In this document: positions 28,247 to 38,405 of the stretch, in pieces | How positions within the stretch are numbered: the first letter of the stretch is position 1 | How the letters are laid out: each line of letters opens with the position of its first letter | Assembly: GCA_963703225.1 (NCBI GenBank) | Contig: OY969801.1 | Span: 2,304,001-2,368,000, forward strand | Reading direction: 5' to 3' | DNA from: Candidatus Eiseniibacteriota bacterium | GTDB lineage: Bacteria > Eisenbacteria > RBG-16-71-46 > SZUA-252 | Length of the DNA stretch: 64,000 nt | Made by a program: the position numbers and the translations under genes | Notes under the pieces: model-generated | What the model saw: the letters and a program-made list of their open reading frames with translations, nothing else | Database searches by the model: none | Told to the model about the DNA's origin: nothing

Positions 28247-29386
28247 CTAGAGGACGCAGAGGGCCTGCTGGAGGTCGCCGATCAAGTCCTGGACGTCTTC
28301 GATGCCGACGGAAATTCTTACAAGACCGTCGGTTAACCCGACTTTCTCCCTTTCTTCGCGGGGCACCGAGGCGTGGGTCATGCTGGCCGGATGGCTGATC
28401 AAGCTCTCGACGCCGCCCAGGCTCTCGGCGAGCGCGAAGAGCTTGGTGCGGCGGAGCACCGACGCCCCCCGCGCGAGCGAGCCCGTCTCAAAGGCGATCA
28501 TCCCGCCAAATCCGCTGGCTTGGGACTTGTGAAGCTCGTGCCCCGGGTGTCCCGGGAGGCCGGGATAGAGCACCCGCGTGAGCTTGGGGTGCTTGGCGAG
28601 CCAGGCGGCGATCTCGCGCGCATTGGATTCATGGCGCTCCATGCGGACGGCCAACGTCTTCACCCCGCGGAGCACGAGGAAGCAGTCGAGCGGCCCGGGC
28701 ACGGCTCCGACCGCGTTCTGCAAGAACTGCAGGCGCTCGCTCGCGGCGTCGTCGTTGGAGATGACAATTCCACCCACCATGTCGCTATGCCCGTTGATGT
28801 ACTTGGTGGTGCTGTGGATCACGAGGTGGGCGCCCAGCTCGAGCGGCCGCTGAAAGTAGGGCGTCATGAAGGTGTTGTCTACCGCGAGGAGCGCGCCGCG
28901 GGAGCGGGCCAACTGGGCCAGGCCCCGCAGGTCCGAAATGATCATCGAGGGATTGGTCGGCGTCTCCACGAAGAGGAGCTTGGTGCTCGCGCGGAACGCC
29001 GCGGCGGTCCCCTCGAGACTGGAGGTGTCGACGTACGAGAAGTCGACCCCAAATCCGCGCATCACCTGCTCAAAAAGCCGGAACGTTCCCCCGTACATGT
29101 TGTTCGAAGCGACAACGTGATCCCCGCTCTTCAAGAGCTGGGTCACCGCCGAGGTCGCCGCCATCCCCGAAGCGAACGCGAACCCCCGCGTCCCCCGCTC
29201 CAGCACGGCAAGGTTCTTCTCCAGCGCCATGCGGGTGGGATTGTGGGTACGGGCATACTCGTATCCCTTGTGCTTTCCCAGCTCCTCTTGGACGTAGGTA
29301 GAGGTCTGGTAGATCGGGACGGTCACCGCCCCGGTGGTCGGATCGGGCTCCTGGCCCGCGTGGATGGCGTCGGTCGAGAATCCCAT
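28247..29386 (-). CDS. Cystathionine gamma-lyase/synthase (Cys/Met metabolism PLP enzyme)
   Basis: IYQTST, YARTHNPT, FASGMAA, ETPTNP, DNTF, HSTTKYINGHSD and AESLGGVESL. Paired with cystathionine beta-synthase. Confidence 0.92.
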   Translation of the reverse strand: MGFSTDAIHAGQEPDPTTGAVTVPIYQTSTYVQEELGKHKGYEYARTHNPTRMALEKNLAVLERGTRGFAFASGMAATSAVTQLLKSGDHVVASNNMYGGTFRLFEQVMRGFGVDFSYVDTSSLEGTAAAFRASTKLLFVETPTNPSMIISDLRGLAQLARSRGALLAVDNTFMTPYFQRPLELGAHLVIHSTTKYINGHSDMVGGIVISNDDAASERLQFLQNAVGAVPGPLDCFLVLRGVKTLAVRMERHESNAREIAAWLAKHPKLTRVLYPGLPGHPGHELHKSQASGFGGMIAFETGSLARGASVLRRTKLFALAESLGGVESLISHPASMTHASVPREEREKVGLTDGLVRISVGIEDVQDLIGDLQQALCVL

Positions 29387-29390
29387 GTCG

Positions 29391-30797
29391 CTAGGCGTTG
29401 ATGTACTCGATGAGGTCGAAGCGCGTGAGGATCCCCGACGGGCGCCCGGTGTCGTCGATCGCGACCGCGGCGTTTCGCTCCGCGAGGATCTTCATGACGC
29501 GCGGAAGATGCTCGTGAATCGAAACGGTGGGAAGCGGCTTCTCGATCAGATACTCGAGCCGGGTCTCCGGAGTGGCGGTGCCGTCGAGCACCTTCGTAAG
29601 TAATGCTCCTTCGGTCACCGCTCCGACCACGGATCCGTCCTTGAGGACCGGGAGCTGGGAGATGTTGAACTCGCGGATCAGCGCGAGCGCGCGCGACGCA
29701 GGCTCGTCGTAGCCGACCGAGATCATGGCGGGGACGTGATTCCCCTTCGCGCGAAGAATTTCGCCCACCGTGACCGCGCTGGAGTCGAGCAGATGGTTGT
29801 CTCGCATCCACTCGTCCGAGTGGACCTTGCTCAGGTATCGCTCGCCCGTGTCGGGAATGAGCACCACGACCACCTCGTCCGGCTTGGCCTCGCGCGCGAT
29901 CTGCAGCGCCGCGTAGAGCGCGGTCCCTGCCGAGCCTCCGGCGAGAATTCCCTCCTCGCGGGCAAGCCGCCGCGCCAGGTTCAACGACTGGCTATCGGTC
30001 ACGGAGATCACCTCGTCGATCACCGAGAAGTCGAGTGTGCCCGGAAAGAAATCCTCGCCGATTCCCTCCACCTTGTACGGCTTGGGGGCGATCACCTTCT
30101 TCGTGTAGAAGTATTCCTTGAGGATCGAGCCGATCGGATCGGCGCCGACGATCTTGATCTTAGGATTCTGCTGCTTCAAGTAGCGGGCGGTACCGCTGAT
30201 CGTGCCGCCGGTCCCGAGGCCGGCCACGAAGGCGTCTATCTTTCCGCCGGTCTGGCGCCAGATTTCGGGGCCCGTCGACCGGAAATGCGCCTCGGGATTG
30301 GTTGGATTGAAGTACTGGTTGGCCAGGTATGCGCCCGAGGTCTCGCGGACGATCCTCTTGGCCACCTCATAATAGGACTCGGGCGAATCTGGCGGCACGG
30401 CCGTCGGCGTGATCACGACCTCGGCGCCGAATGATTTCAGGAGATTGATCTTCTCCCGGCTCACCTTGTCGGGCATGACCAGCACGGCGCGATAACCCTT
30501 GACCGCCGCGACCATGGCGAGGCCGGTGCCGGTGTTCCCCGACGTCGCTTCCACAATGGTCCCGCCCGGCTTGAGGAGTCCCTTCGCCTCCGCCTCGGCG
30601 ACGATCGCGACCGCGATCCGATCCTTGACCGACCCGCCGGGATTGAACGCCTCCAGCTTCGCGAGCACGGTCGCGCGGCAATCCTTGGCGATACCTCGGA
30701 GCCGGACCAGCGGGGTCTCTCCGATGGTTTCCAGGATATTGTCGAAAATGCGGGGTCTGGCGGGCGCGGGTGCAGGTGCGCCAGCAGCCTGCGGCAT
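29391..30797 (-). CDS. cbs: Cystathionine beta-synthase with C-terminal CBS domain pair
   Basis: IGETPLV, KLEAFNPGGSVKDRIA, EATSGNTG, NQYFNP, GLGTGGT, EGIG and PDTGERYLSK, followed by CBS domains. Confidence 0.9.
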   Translation of the reverse strand: MPQAAGAPAPAPARPRIFDNILETIGETPLVRLRGIAKDCRATVLAKLEAFNPGGSVKDRIAVAIVAEAEAKGLLKPGGTIVEATSGNTGTGLAMVAAVKGYRAVLVMPDKVSREKINLLKSFGAEVVITPTAVPPDSPESYYEVAKRIVRETSGAYLANQYFNPTNPEAHFRSTGPEIWRQTGGKIDAFVAGLGTGGTISGTARYLKQQNPKIKIVGADPIGSILKEYFYTKKVIAPKPYKVEGIGEDFFPGTLDFSVIDEVISVTDSQSLNLARRLAREEGILAGGSAGTALYAALQIAREAKPDEVVVVLIPDTGERYLSKVHSDEWMRDNHLLDSSAVTVGEILRAKGNHVPAMISVGYDEPASRALALIREFNISQLPVLKDGSVVGAVTEGALLTKVLDGTATPETRLEYLIEKPLPTVSIHEHLPRVMKILAERNAAVAIDDTGRPSGILTRFDLIEYINA

Positions 30798-30870
30798 CGG
30801 TTCGGTTTGGCCTTTCACGGGTCGTCTCGAACGTGGCGGAAGGAGAGAACGGGACCAGGACCGCAAGATA

Positions 30871-30900
30871 ACGCTACGGGCGCTCTGCTGCAGAGGTCAA
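30871..30900 (-). promoter_or_regulatory. Possible sigma70 promoter for the cbs operon
   Basis: Minus strand TTGACC-N18-TAGCGT. Confidence 0.35.
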
Positions 30901-30926
30901 GCGTGGAATTCCGGGCAGCCTCGTCT

Positions 30927-31325
30927 TCAGGGGCGGAGCGAGGCCGCCTTGAGCAGTTCCTCGACGATGCCGAGGATCGTCGCGAAGTCGTACGGCTTCG
31001 TGATGAACCGGTTGGCGCCCATCTCCAGCGCGAGCGCCTGGTCGCCCTCCTGCGTCCGGGCGGAGAGGATGATGATCGGAATCTGCTTGTAGCGCTCGTC
31101 GAACTTGAGCAGGCGGCAAACCTTGTACCCGTCCAGCTTCGGGAGCATCAGGTCGAGCAGAATGATGTCGGGCTTCACCTCGCGGGCCTTCTTCAGCCCT
31201 TCCTGCCCGTCCGACGCGAACTCCACGACGTATCCGGCGGCCTGAAGCCCGAACTGGAGGATCCGGACGAGATCCGGCTCGTCGTCAACGACCAGGACGC
31301 GTCCGCGCGGTTGACCCTGACTCAT
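30927..31325 (-). CDS. Single-domain response regulator (receiver only)
   Basis: VLVVDDE, ILLDLMLP, ILSA and ITKP, with no output domain. Last gene of the pilus operon. Confidence 0.9.
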   Translation of the reverse strand: MSQGQPRGRVLVVDDEPDLVRILQFGLQAAGYVVEFASDGQEGLKKAREVKPDIILLDLMLPKLDGYKVCRLLKFDERYKQIPIIILSARTQEGDQALALEMGANRFITKPYDFATILGIVEELLKAASLRP

Positions 31326-31337
31326 GGAGGCTACCCC

Positions 31338-32648
31338 CTAGAGAGCGACGATGTGCGGCGTGACGAAGATCATCAAGTCTACCTTTTCCTTTGAATCGCT
31401 CTTGTGGCGGAAGAAGAACCCGAGCAGGGGAATGTCGCCCAGAATCGGGACCTTCCGCTCCACCTTCCGGTCGAGCGTCGAGATGAGACCGCCAATCAGA
31501 ATCGTTTCGCCGCTCTTCACGATAATCTGCGTCGTGGCGGAGCGGGTCGAGGTCACCGGCCGCTCGTTGAATTGTCCGCGGTACTCGATGATCTGGCTCA
31601 CTTCCGGCCCCACCGTGAGGACCATCGTGCTGTCCGAGGTGAAATGGGGCGTGACCAGGAGCCGGATCCCCACCTTCTTCTCCTCGTATCCGGTGATCTG
31701 CAGCGTCCCGGCCAAGGGGAGGTGCTCGTACGTCGCGATCGGCACCACCGTGCCCACGATGATCTCGGCCTCCCGGTTGTCGAGCGTCGTGACTTGGGGG
31801 GCCGACACGAGATTCGTGTTCGACTGCTGTTTCAGGATTTCCATCGCGACCGAAAACTCCTCGAACGACAACTTGCCGAACTTGAAGTCGCTCGGCGTGG
31901 CGTACGGAAACGTCTCGCCCGGCGGGAAGGCCGGCCCGCCTCCGCCCACCTGATTGTTGGGGTTTGACGATCCGGTGAAGGTGCTCCCGCTGTTGTCCTT
32001 TGGAAAGGGGAACGTCGTCGGGATCGTCGCCCCCACGGCGCTCGCGCGGAGCTGCCAATCAAAGCCAAGCCTCTCGTCCTTTCCGAGGACCGATTCAACG
32101 AGCTTCGCCTCGATGGTCACCTGCTTCGGCCGCAGATCCATGCTCGCGAGCACCGCGGCGATGCGGTCCACCCGCGCGGGCGTGTCGGTCACGACTAGTG
32201 CGTTCGACATGGCGCTCGCGGGTGTCAGGTCCTTCTCGCCGCGGCCGTCGAACGGCTCGGCCGAGCCCTGCTCGCTCAGCATCTTGGAGACCGCGGCCGC
32301 GGCGGCGCTCGGGCTCATGTAGCGGAGCGGAAACACGCGAGAGACCGGAGCGGACGGGTTCACGAGGATGACCCGGTCCCGCACCACGTACTCGCAGCCG
32401 GTCGCCTGCGCCACGTACTGCAGCGCCTGCTCGACCGTCACCTCATTGAGGTTCGCCGTCAGCGTTCCGCCGACGCTCTCGCCCATCACCACGCTGTACC
32501 CAAACTGCGTCGCAACCAGCCGGAGCGCGTCGGCTCCGCGCGCCCCTTTGAAGTTGAACGACGCGGTCTCCGGCGAATCCCCCCAGGCGCCCCACGGCAC
32601 CAGGCCGATGCCAGCGACGATCCCCAAGACCGCGACGAGCTTCTTCAT
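31338..32648 (-). CDS. Secretin (PilQ/GspD/MshL family)
   Basis: Signal peptide, STN/N domains, QVTIEAKLVE, P.VTTLDNREA.I.VG, GETILIGGLI and KVPILGDIPLLG.FF. Confidence 0.92.
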   Translation of the reverse strand: MKKLVAVLGIVAGIGLVPWGAWGDSPETASFNFKGARGADALRLVATQFGYSVVMGESVGGTLTANLNEVTVEQALQYVAQATGCEYVVRDRVILVNPSAPVSRVFPLRYMSPSAAAAAVSKMLSEQGSAEPFDGRGEKDLTPASAMSNALVVTDTPARVDRIAAVLASMDLRPKQVTIEAKLVESVLGKDERLGFDWQLRASAVGATIPTTFPFPKDNSGSTFTGSSNPNNQVGGGGPAFPPGETFPYATPSDFKFGKLSFEEFSVAMEILKQQSNTNLVSAPQVTTLDNREAEIIVGTVVPIATYEHLPLAGTLQITGYEEKKVGIRLLVTPHFTSDSTMVLTVGPEVSQIIEYRGQFNERPVTSTRSATTQIIVKSGETILIGGLISTLDRKVERKVPILGDIPLLGFFFRHKSDSKEKVDLMIFVTPHIVAL

Positions 32649-33148
32649 GAACCGTCTCCTTTGAGGGCCAACGTCGTCACGCTCCCGTTTTGGATGAGCA
32701 TGACGGTGCGCTTTCCGATGCTGAGCACTTCGTACGGCCCCACGCGCTCCCCTTCGCGGCAAACCTCGCCGTTGATGAGCGCGGTCCGCCCGGTCGGGCC
32801 GACCATGATCCCCTGGAGGTAGAACCCGGATCCGGAGGACGTCGGCCTTGCTCCCGGGGCCGCCCGACCGATCGCGTCGTCATCACCCCGGTCCTGGCCC
32901 GCGCGCGCGAACGGGTCGCGCCCCCATCCCGAGGGAATGTCTCCCTGGTCCGCGTCCCGATTTCGGTCGGCGAGCGTGGCCGCGGCCGGCGCCAGGGCGA
33001 CCGCCTGCGCCGCCCGCGCTCTCGCGCGCGCCGCCTTCTCCTTCTCGTCGAGCGAGTGGACCCCGAGCAGGGTCACGAGCAGGAGGCCGACGAGGACGTA
33101 GGTCCTCGCGCCGACTCGACCGCTCTGCCCTCCACGAATCCAGTCCAT
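32645..33148 (-). CDS. Pilus assembly protein, PilP/MshK-like
   Basis: TM segment, RDPF and LQGIM...ALING...EGERV. Located between PilO and the secretin. Confidence 0.65.
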   Translation of the reverse strand: MDWIRGGQSGRVGARTYVLVGLLLVTLLGVHSLDEKEKAARARARAAQAVALAPAAATLADRNRDADQGDIPSGWGRDPFARAGQDRGDDDAIGRAAPGARPTSSGSGFYLQGIMVGPTGRTALINGEVCREGERVGPYEVLSIGKRTVMLIQNGSVTTLALKGDGS

Positions 33149-33157
33149 CGCGATTCC

Positions 33158-33733
33158 TCAGGGAGTTCCGTAGAGCCAGATCGCCACGTCCGCCACGAGA
33201 TCCGGGTACGTCTCGGCGTCGTATCGAAGCCCGATCGAGCGGACGACCACCAGCTGATCCATCGATTCGATCTCGCGGAGGTACTCGCCCATGTCGCGGT
33301 ACGCGGCGTAGAGGTGAAACCGGAGATCGGCCTTCCGATACGCCACCGGATTCCCCGACGCGTCCGCGACCACTTCGTTGGTGGGCTCCCCTGCCGGCTG
33401 AATGAGCACCGTTCGGACGTGATTCCGATCGGCGATGTCACCGAGCGCGTCGAGAAATTTCGAGACCATTTCCCGCGCGGGCAGAGCCCGCCGCGCCCGG
33501 AAGGTCAGGAGATCCTCGCCGGGATGTTCCTTGGCCCACTGCTCCATCTCCTGGATTCCCTTCTGGAGATCCGTGAGCTGCGTGCTGATCCGAATTCGGT
33601 CCGACTCCAGCACTTTCAACTCCCGAAGCTTGGGATCGACGTAGGTGACGCGCGTGACCCCGATCGAGCCCAAGAGCATCGCCACGATCAGCCCGTGTCC
33701 GATCAAAGGCTGCCGGTGGATGCGAAACGCCAT
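33158..33733 (-). CDS. pilO: Type IV pilus assembly protein PilO/MshJ-like
   Basis: TM segment plus coiled coil, LP....FL..L, and Y.DMGEYLREIE.MDQLVVV. Confidence 0.75.
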   Translation of the reverse strand: MAFRIHRQPLIGHGLIVAMLLGSIGVTRVTYVDPKLRELKVLESDRIRISTQLTDLQKGIQEMEQWAKEHPGEDLLTFRARRALPAREMVSKFLDALGDIADRNHVRTVLIQPAGEPTNEVVADASGNPVAYRKADLRFHLYAAYRDMGEYLREIESMDQLVVVRSIGLRYDAETYPDLVADVAIWLYGTP

Positions 33734-33740
33734 CGCCGCC

Positions 33741-35519
33741 CTACTCCGCCAGCTCAGCGGTTAGGGTGAAGCTGCTGAGCGAGGCGGAAACACGCTCGCT
33801 GCCCTCCAGCTGAACCTGATCCACCACGTGCGACCGCGACAGCACGTCCATGAGCTCCGCCAGTCCCTTCTCGGTCCGCTCCACCTTCGTCCTCAGAAGC
33901 CCGTAGAGCCGAAGCCGCCGATGCGGCGGCGCGGCACCCGGCTGGGCGTTCGGCTGCGGGACTGGGTCGAGAACCTCGAGCGCCGTGAGGCGCGCGTCCG
34001 GTCCGATCCGGTGGCTCATGTCGCGCAGCACGTACGACCAGAGCACTTGTCCGCCCGACAGCCGGGCCAACAGGTCCTGCAGCCGGGTCTCTTCCTCCCG
34101 GGCCGCGCGAAACCGCCGGAGCGCATCGGTCCGCGGCTCCAGGGCGACCAATTCCTTCTGGAGGCTCGTCACCTGCTGGCGCTCCCTGAGGACGCTCACT
34201 TCGGCCGGCAGCGAGACCGAAAGGAGCAGCATCGCCGCGATTCCGACCGCGATCCGCTGCGGCACGGCCTCGGCCAACCGGTAGGAAAACCCGGCTCCCG
34301 GAGGCTCCAGGAAATTCAGCGAGCCCTTTCGAAGCGAGCAGAGTCCGACCGCCAGCTCCGACACCCGCTCGGAGAGCCGGGGCTCAGAAGCCCCCGCCAC
34401 CCGCGCCATGCCCAGCGCCTCATGGGCTAGATCGGCCACTTCCACCGGTATCTCAAGTATTCCCGTCAGATAGGCCGGCAGGTTTCGGACCAGGGATCCC
34501 TCCCCCAGAAGGACGACCCGGGTCACGGCCTCGCCCAGGAATTGCTCGTTGCAGTAGTCGAACGAGTTGAGGAGCTCCCGGACCAGCCTCTCCAAGACGG
34601 GTCGGAGCATGACCGACACGGCGGAAAGCGGGATCGCGCCGGCCGCTTCGACTTCCTCGGCCCCGTACGGGATCCCCCACGTCTGCTTGAGGTGCTCCGC
34701 CTCTTCCTCGGAAAGGTCGACCGTGCCCTGCCCGGGCACCACGATCGATCGGAGGGCGTCCGTAAGGGTGCTGCTGCCGATCGCGAACTCGCGGATGAAG
34801 CGGATCTCGTCGCCCTTGAGGACGACGATTTGGCTTTGGCGCACCCCCAGGTCGAGGTAGGCGACGACCTCCTGGGTGCCGGTTCGCTCGAGAGATTGGA
34901 GCAGGGACCGAAGCCCGATCGGCCGGATCGTGACCGCGACCGGGCGAAGCCCCGCGTGTTCCAGAATGACCCTCGCGTCCTCGACCGCGCGGCGCTGGGC
35001 GACGGCCACCAGGAGCTGGAGGCCGGTCTCCGCGTTCGCCGTTGTGGAGTTCAGGATCTCGTAGCGGATTTCGGCGTCTTCGATCGGAAAGGGGACGTGC
35101 TTGCGGCACTCGAGCGCCAGCGCCGGGAGGATCTCGGACCGCCGCATGAAGGGGAGGGCGAGCCGCCGGACGACCAGATCATTCCCTTCCAGCGAGGCCG
35201 CGGCCGGCTTCCCCTTGAGACCCAGCTGGGCCACGACGTCCCGCAGCGCCGATTGGAGCGCGAAGCGGTGCGCCGTCGGCCTTGATTCACCGGCCGCGAG
35301 CTTCCGCTCCACGGCGTCAAAGCGATGGACGTGCTTTCCCCGTCGAACGAGGTGGGCCAGGTGGAGCGAGTGCTGTCCCAGGTCGACTCCGACGAGGTCG
35401 CGCCATGGACCCCGCAGGAGACGTTCCGCCTCGGCGCCGACGCCGCTCAGCCCTGGAATGGTCGGCATCTTGGCGACGGAAAGTCCCCGCCACAGCTCTC
35501 CGAGCTTCTTCTGATCCAC
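33741..35519 (-). CDS. pilM: PilM-PilN fusion (actin-like ATPase fold, TM, periplasmic domain)
   Basis: VGVDLG, HVPFPIED, LDLG, SFDYC and VVLLGEGS, then SLNFL (PilN INLL-like), a TM segment, coiled coil, WSYVL, and a ferredoxin-like end. Confidence 0.8.
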   Translation of the reverse strand: MDQKKLGELWRGLSVAKMPTIPGLSGVGAEAERLLRGPWRDLVGVDLGQHSLHLAHLVRRGKHVHRFDAVERKLAAGESRPTAHRFALQSALRDVVAQLGLKGKPAAASLEGNDLVVRRLALPFMRRSEILPALALECRKHVPFPIEDAEIRYEILNSTTANAETGLQLLVAVAQRRAVEDARVILEHAGLRPVAVTIRPIGLRSLLQSLERTGTQEVVAYLDLGVRQSQIVVLKGDEIRFIREFAIGSSTLTDALRSIVVPGQGTVDLSEEEAEHLKQTWGIPYGAEEVEAAGAIPLSAVSVMLRPVLERLVRELLNSFDYCNEQFLGEAVTRVVLLGEGSLVRNLPAYLTGILEIPVEVADLAHEALGMARVAGASEPRLSERVSELAVGLCSLRKGSLNFLEPPGAGFSYRLAEAVPQRIAVGIAAMLLLSVSLPAEVSVLRERQQVTSLQKELVALEPRTDALRRFRAAREEETRLQDLLARLSGGQVLWSYVLRDMSHRIGPDARLTALEVLDPVPQPNAQPGAAPPHRRLRLYGLLRTKVERTEKGLAELMDVLSRSHVVDQVQLEGSERVSASLSSFTLTAELAE

Positions 35520-35528
35520 GTCCCCCTC

Positions 35529-37010
35529 CTAGATCCGGGTCTCGACCCAAGCCACAACGGCGAGGAGACCGGTCACCCTCCGAACACGGTCGTTTCCTCG
35601 ATCGGCGACGTAGTAGACGCCGGTCGACGAAACGGTGATGCCACCCGGCGTGGTGAACCGGGCCGCCGTCGCGGGCCCACCGTCGCCCGAGAAGCCCGAC
35701 GTGCCGGTGCCGGCGATCGTGCTGATCAGACCTGAGGCAGCCTGCACGCGCCGCACCCGCCGGTTGCCGGTATCCGCGATGTAGAGATCCCCCAGGGGTC
35801 CCATGTCGACTCCCTCCGGCGCGTCGAGTCGGGCCGAAGTCGCGGGTCCACCGTCGCCCAGAAATCCCGCCGTGCCGGTCCCCGCGTATGTGGTGATCAC
35901 GCCGGTCGCGGCGGCGACTTTCCGGACGACGTCGTTGCCCGTGTCGGCGACGTAGAGATCGCCATTCGTGTCGAGGGTGAGTCCTTCGGGGGTCCGGAGC
36001 CGGGCCGAGGTGGCCGCTCCTCCGTCTCCCGTGTATCCGGCCGTCCCGGTGCCCGCGTACGCGGTGATGATCCCGGTCGCCGCGGTGACCTTTCGGACGC
36101 GGTCATTCGGCCGATCGCTGAGGTAGATGTCGCCGTTCGCGGCGACGACGACCGCGCGGGGGGAGTTGAGCTTGGCCGCAGTGGCGGGCCCCCCGTCCCC
36201 GGTGTTTCCCGAGGTCCCGTCGCCGACCACCGTGGTGATCACGCCCGTCGCCGCGGTCACCTTGCGAATCTTCCGGCTGCCCGTGTCGGCGATGTAGAGA
36301 TCGCCGTTCGACGCCACGAAGACGTCCTGCGGGCCGTCGAGCAGCGCCAACGTCGCCGCGCCCCCGTCGCCCGAGCTGCCCGCGGTGCCCGTTCCCGCCA
36401 CGGTGGTGATGACGCCGGTGATGAAATCGACCTTCCGGATCACATTGTTCCCGGTGTCCGCGAAGTAGAGGTTGCCGTTCGCGGCGACCCCGAGGCCCTC
36501 GGGGTTTCGGACCCGGGCCGAGGTGGCCGCGCCGCCATCGCCGGTGTAGCCCTGCGTCCCCGTCCCCGCATAGGTGGAGATCGTGCCGGGGGTCACGTGG
36601 AGCTGGATCGCTCGGGTGGCGTTTCCCACGACCCCGGTCGAGATGATCCGCTTCTGGCCCGAGGGGAGCGGCGCCCCGGTCTCGTCCAACGTGTCGGGCG
36701 GGGCCACCGTGAACGACCCTGCCCCGACGTTTTTCCCGGGAGACGCGAGTCCCGTCCATGCCCAGCTCGCTCCCAGCTTCAAGATCGCGTACTCCGCCCC
36801 CGCGTGGGCGGCATAGAAGGCCTGGTTCGACTGCACGACGTTGGTGCCCAGCTCGGAGTCCTCCACGACGAGCGTGACCAGCGCCAGGCCCAGCACCATG
36901 AGGATCAGAACTGTCGTCACAGCCAGGACGATGGAAAAGCCGGAGTCGGGCCGGATCGATCCGCGGTCCACGCCCGTCGGTTCGATGGCCTCCGCGCGGC
37001 GCGCGCTCAC
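35529..37010 (-). CDS. PilX/GspK-like minor pilin with inserted six-repeat NHL beta-propeller
   Basis: GTG start overlapping the upstream stop, SG|FSIVLA prepilin-like site, QAFYAAHAGAEY (PilX_N), and six 57-aa GxITTxAGTG..GDGG.A..P...G.LY.AD..N..IR repeats. Confidence 0.82.
   Translation of the reverse strand: MSARRAEAIEPTGVDRGSIRPDSGFSIVLAVTTVLILMVLGLALVTLVVEDSELGTNVVQSNQAFYAAHAGAEYAILKLGASWAWTGLASPGKNVGAGSFTVAPPDTLDETGAPLPSGQKRIISTGVVGNATRAIQLHVTPGTISTYAGTGTQGYTGDGGAATSARVRNPEGLGVAANGNLYFADTGNNVIRKVDFITGVITTVAGTGTAGSSGDGGAATLALLDGPQDVFVASNGDLYIADTGSRKIRKVTAATGVITTVVGDGTSGNTGDGGPATAAKLNSPRAVVVAANGDIYLSDRPNDRVRKVTAATGIITAYAGTGTAGYTGDGGAATSARLRTPEGLTLDTNGDLYVADTGNDVVRKVAAATGVITTYAGTGTAGFLGDGGPATSARLDAPEGVDMGPLGDLYIADTGNRRVRRVQAASGLISTIAGTGTSGFSGDGGPATAARFTTPGGITVSSTGVYYVADRGNDRVRRVTGLLAVVAWVETRI
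35571..36587 (-). repeat. Six ~171-bp NHL repeats
   Basis: Visible in both DNA and translation. Boundaries are approximate. Confidence 0.8.
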
Positions 37011-37525
37011 AGGGACCTCACGAACGTCGCCGTCGAGGTCGTGACGGTCTGCCCCGACTTGGCCAACCGGAGATAGGTGGTGACCCGCCAGATGTCGGTC
37101 GCGGATGGCGAGAGGACCGGCGTGGCCGCGGCGCCGTTGGTCTTCCAGTAGCCGAACGCGAGCGAATCGACCCCCGAGGCCAGGACGCGCGCCGTGCCGT
37201 TCTTGGTGTAGGTCAAGCTCGACCCCTTCACGCCGTTCCACGAGATGCTGATCGTAGCCGCGTCTCGGTCGACGAACGTGAACGTCGTAGCCGAAGCCGC
37301 CGTGATGCTCGTGTTGTTCCTCACGCGCTTGAACTCCCTTGTCATCCGCTCCTGGGCGTACCGGGCCTCCTGGAGCGTGTCCTTCTCGACGTCGATGTAC
37401 TGGTACGACCGGACGGCCTCGATGAACATCTTCGAGAAGACCATCCCCGCGATCGACACGATCACGATCACGATGATCAGCTCGGGCAACGTGAATCCCG
37501 CGTCCCGGCGCCGCCTTGACCTCAA
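37007..37525 (-). CDS. Minor pilin, PilW/GspJ/MshO-like
   Basis: DAG|FTLPELIIVIVIV N-methylation motif. TTG start overlaps the upstream TGA; alternative ATG at 37540. Confidence 0.82.
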   Translation of the reverse strand: MRSRRRRDAGFTLPELIIVIVIVSIAGMVFSKMFIEAVRSYQYIDVEKDTLQEARYAQERMTREFKRVRNNTSITAASATTFTFVDRDAATISISWNGVKGSSLTYTKNGTARVLASGVDSLAFGYWKTNGAAATPVLSPSATDIWRVTTYLRLAKSGQTVTTSTATFVRSL

Positions 37526-37908
37526 TACGTCGTGAACCATGTCGTGAGCGTCACCGGCGCTATGTTCGGGCAGTTGACGGTCACGCTCACCGTCCGAAAC
37601 GTCACGCCGTCATAGGTGGAATCGGGTGCGAACGAGACCGACCGGCTGTAGCCGGGAAACGCCACGACCGGGCTTTCGGCCGGGTAGTTTCCCGCGACCA
37701 GAAACGTGATCCCCCGGAGCGGGGAGTTCTTGTCCGCGACGATCTCCTCCATCTTCGCCTGCGCCAGCTGGGCGGCGACGGTCGCGTTGCGCGCGTCCCC
37801 GGAGCGGATCGACGCGTTCGCGAAGAGCATGCTGAGCGGGAGCACCGCCACCGCCGCGATCACGATGACCAGGACGACCTCGATGAGCGTGAATCCCGAC
37901 GACTTCAT
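37522..37908 (-). CDS. Minor pilin, PilV/GspI/MshD-like
   Basis: MKSSG|FTLIEVVLVIVI and A.QLAQAKMEEI. ATGA overlap with the upstream gene. Confidence 0.85.
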   Translation of the reverse strand: MKSSGFTLIEVVLVIVIAAVAVLPLSMLFANASIRSGDARNATVAAQLAQAKMEEIVADKNSPLRGITFLVAGNYPAESPVVAFPGYSRSVSFAPDSTYDGVTFRTVSVTVNCPNIAPVTLTTWFTTY

Positions 37909-38405
37909 CGCACGCTCACTTTGCCGGTCGTGGGTGTCACGTCGATCGTGTCGGAAGCCCCCTGATAGGTCAGCACCACGCGTCCGGTCGCGGCCAGGTC
38001 GACCCCCGCCGTATCCCGGGGCACGCCGAAGTAGTCGAAGGTGATGCCCGGCGTCGTGCCGAACGTCGCGGACGAGATCGCCACCCCCTTGAACGCGGGC
38101 GACGAGTTGAAGTCGACGCGGAGGGTCTGGGCGCGATCGGCCGGGTCGGTGACGGGAGACGCCACGTTCGGTGCGAAGACGGTGTAGCGCCCCGCGGCGG
38201 GCTCGAAGAGGACGCCATGCACAACCCGCCGCCCGATGGCTCGGTTCTGCGCGTAACGAAGATCGGAGGCAACGCGTCGAGCCGCGGCGTCGAGCTTGAT
38301 CTCGTAATAGGGCGCGAGCTTGGGATAGGCGATCCAGGCCACGATGCCCAGGATCGTGATCACGATCGTAAGCTCGATCATCGTGACGCCCTGACGGCCG
38401 TTCAT
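37905..38405 (-). CDS. Minor pilin, FimT/FimU/GspH/MshC-like
   Basis: RQG|VTMIELTIVITILGI, AARRVASDLRYAQ.RAI, ITFDYFG.P and TGKV. Confidence 0.85.
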   Translation of the reverse strand: MNGRQGVTMIELTIVITILGIVAWIAYPKLAPYYEIKLDAAARRVASDLRYAQNRAIGRRVVHGVLFEPAAGRYTVFAPNVASPVTDPADRAQTLRVDFNSSPAFKGVAISSATFGTTPGITFDYFGVPRDTAGVDLAATGRVVLTYQGASDTIDVTPTTGKVSVR

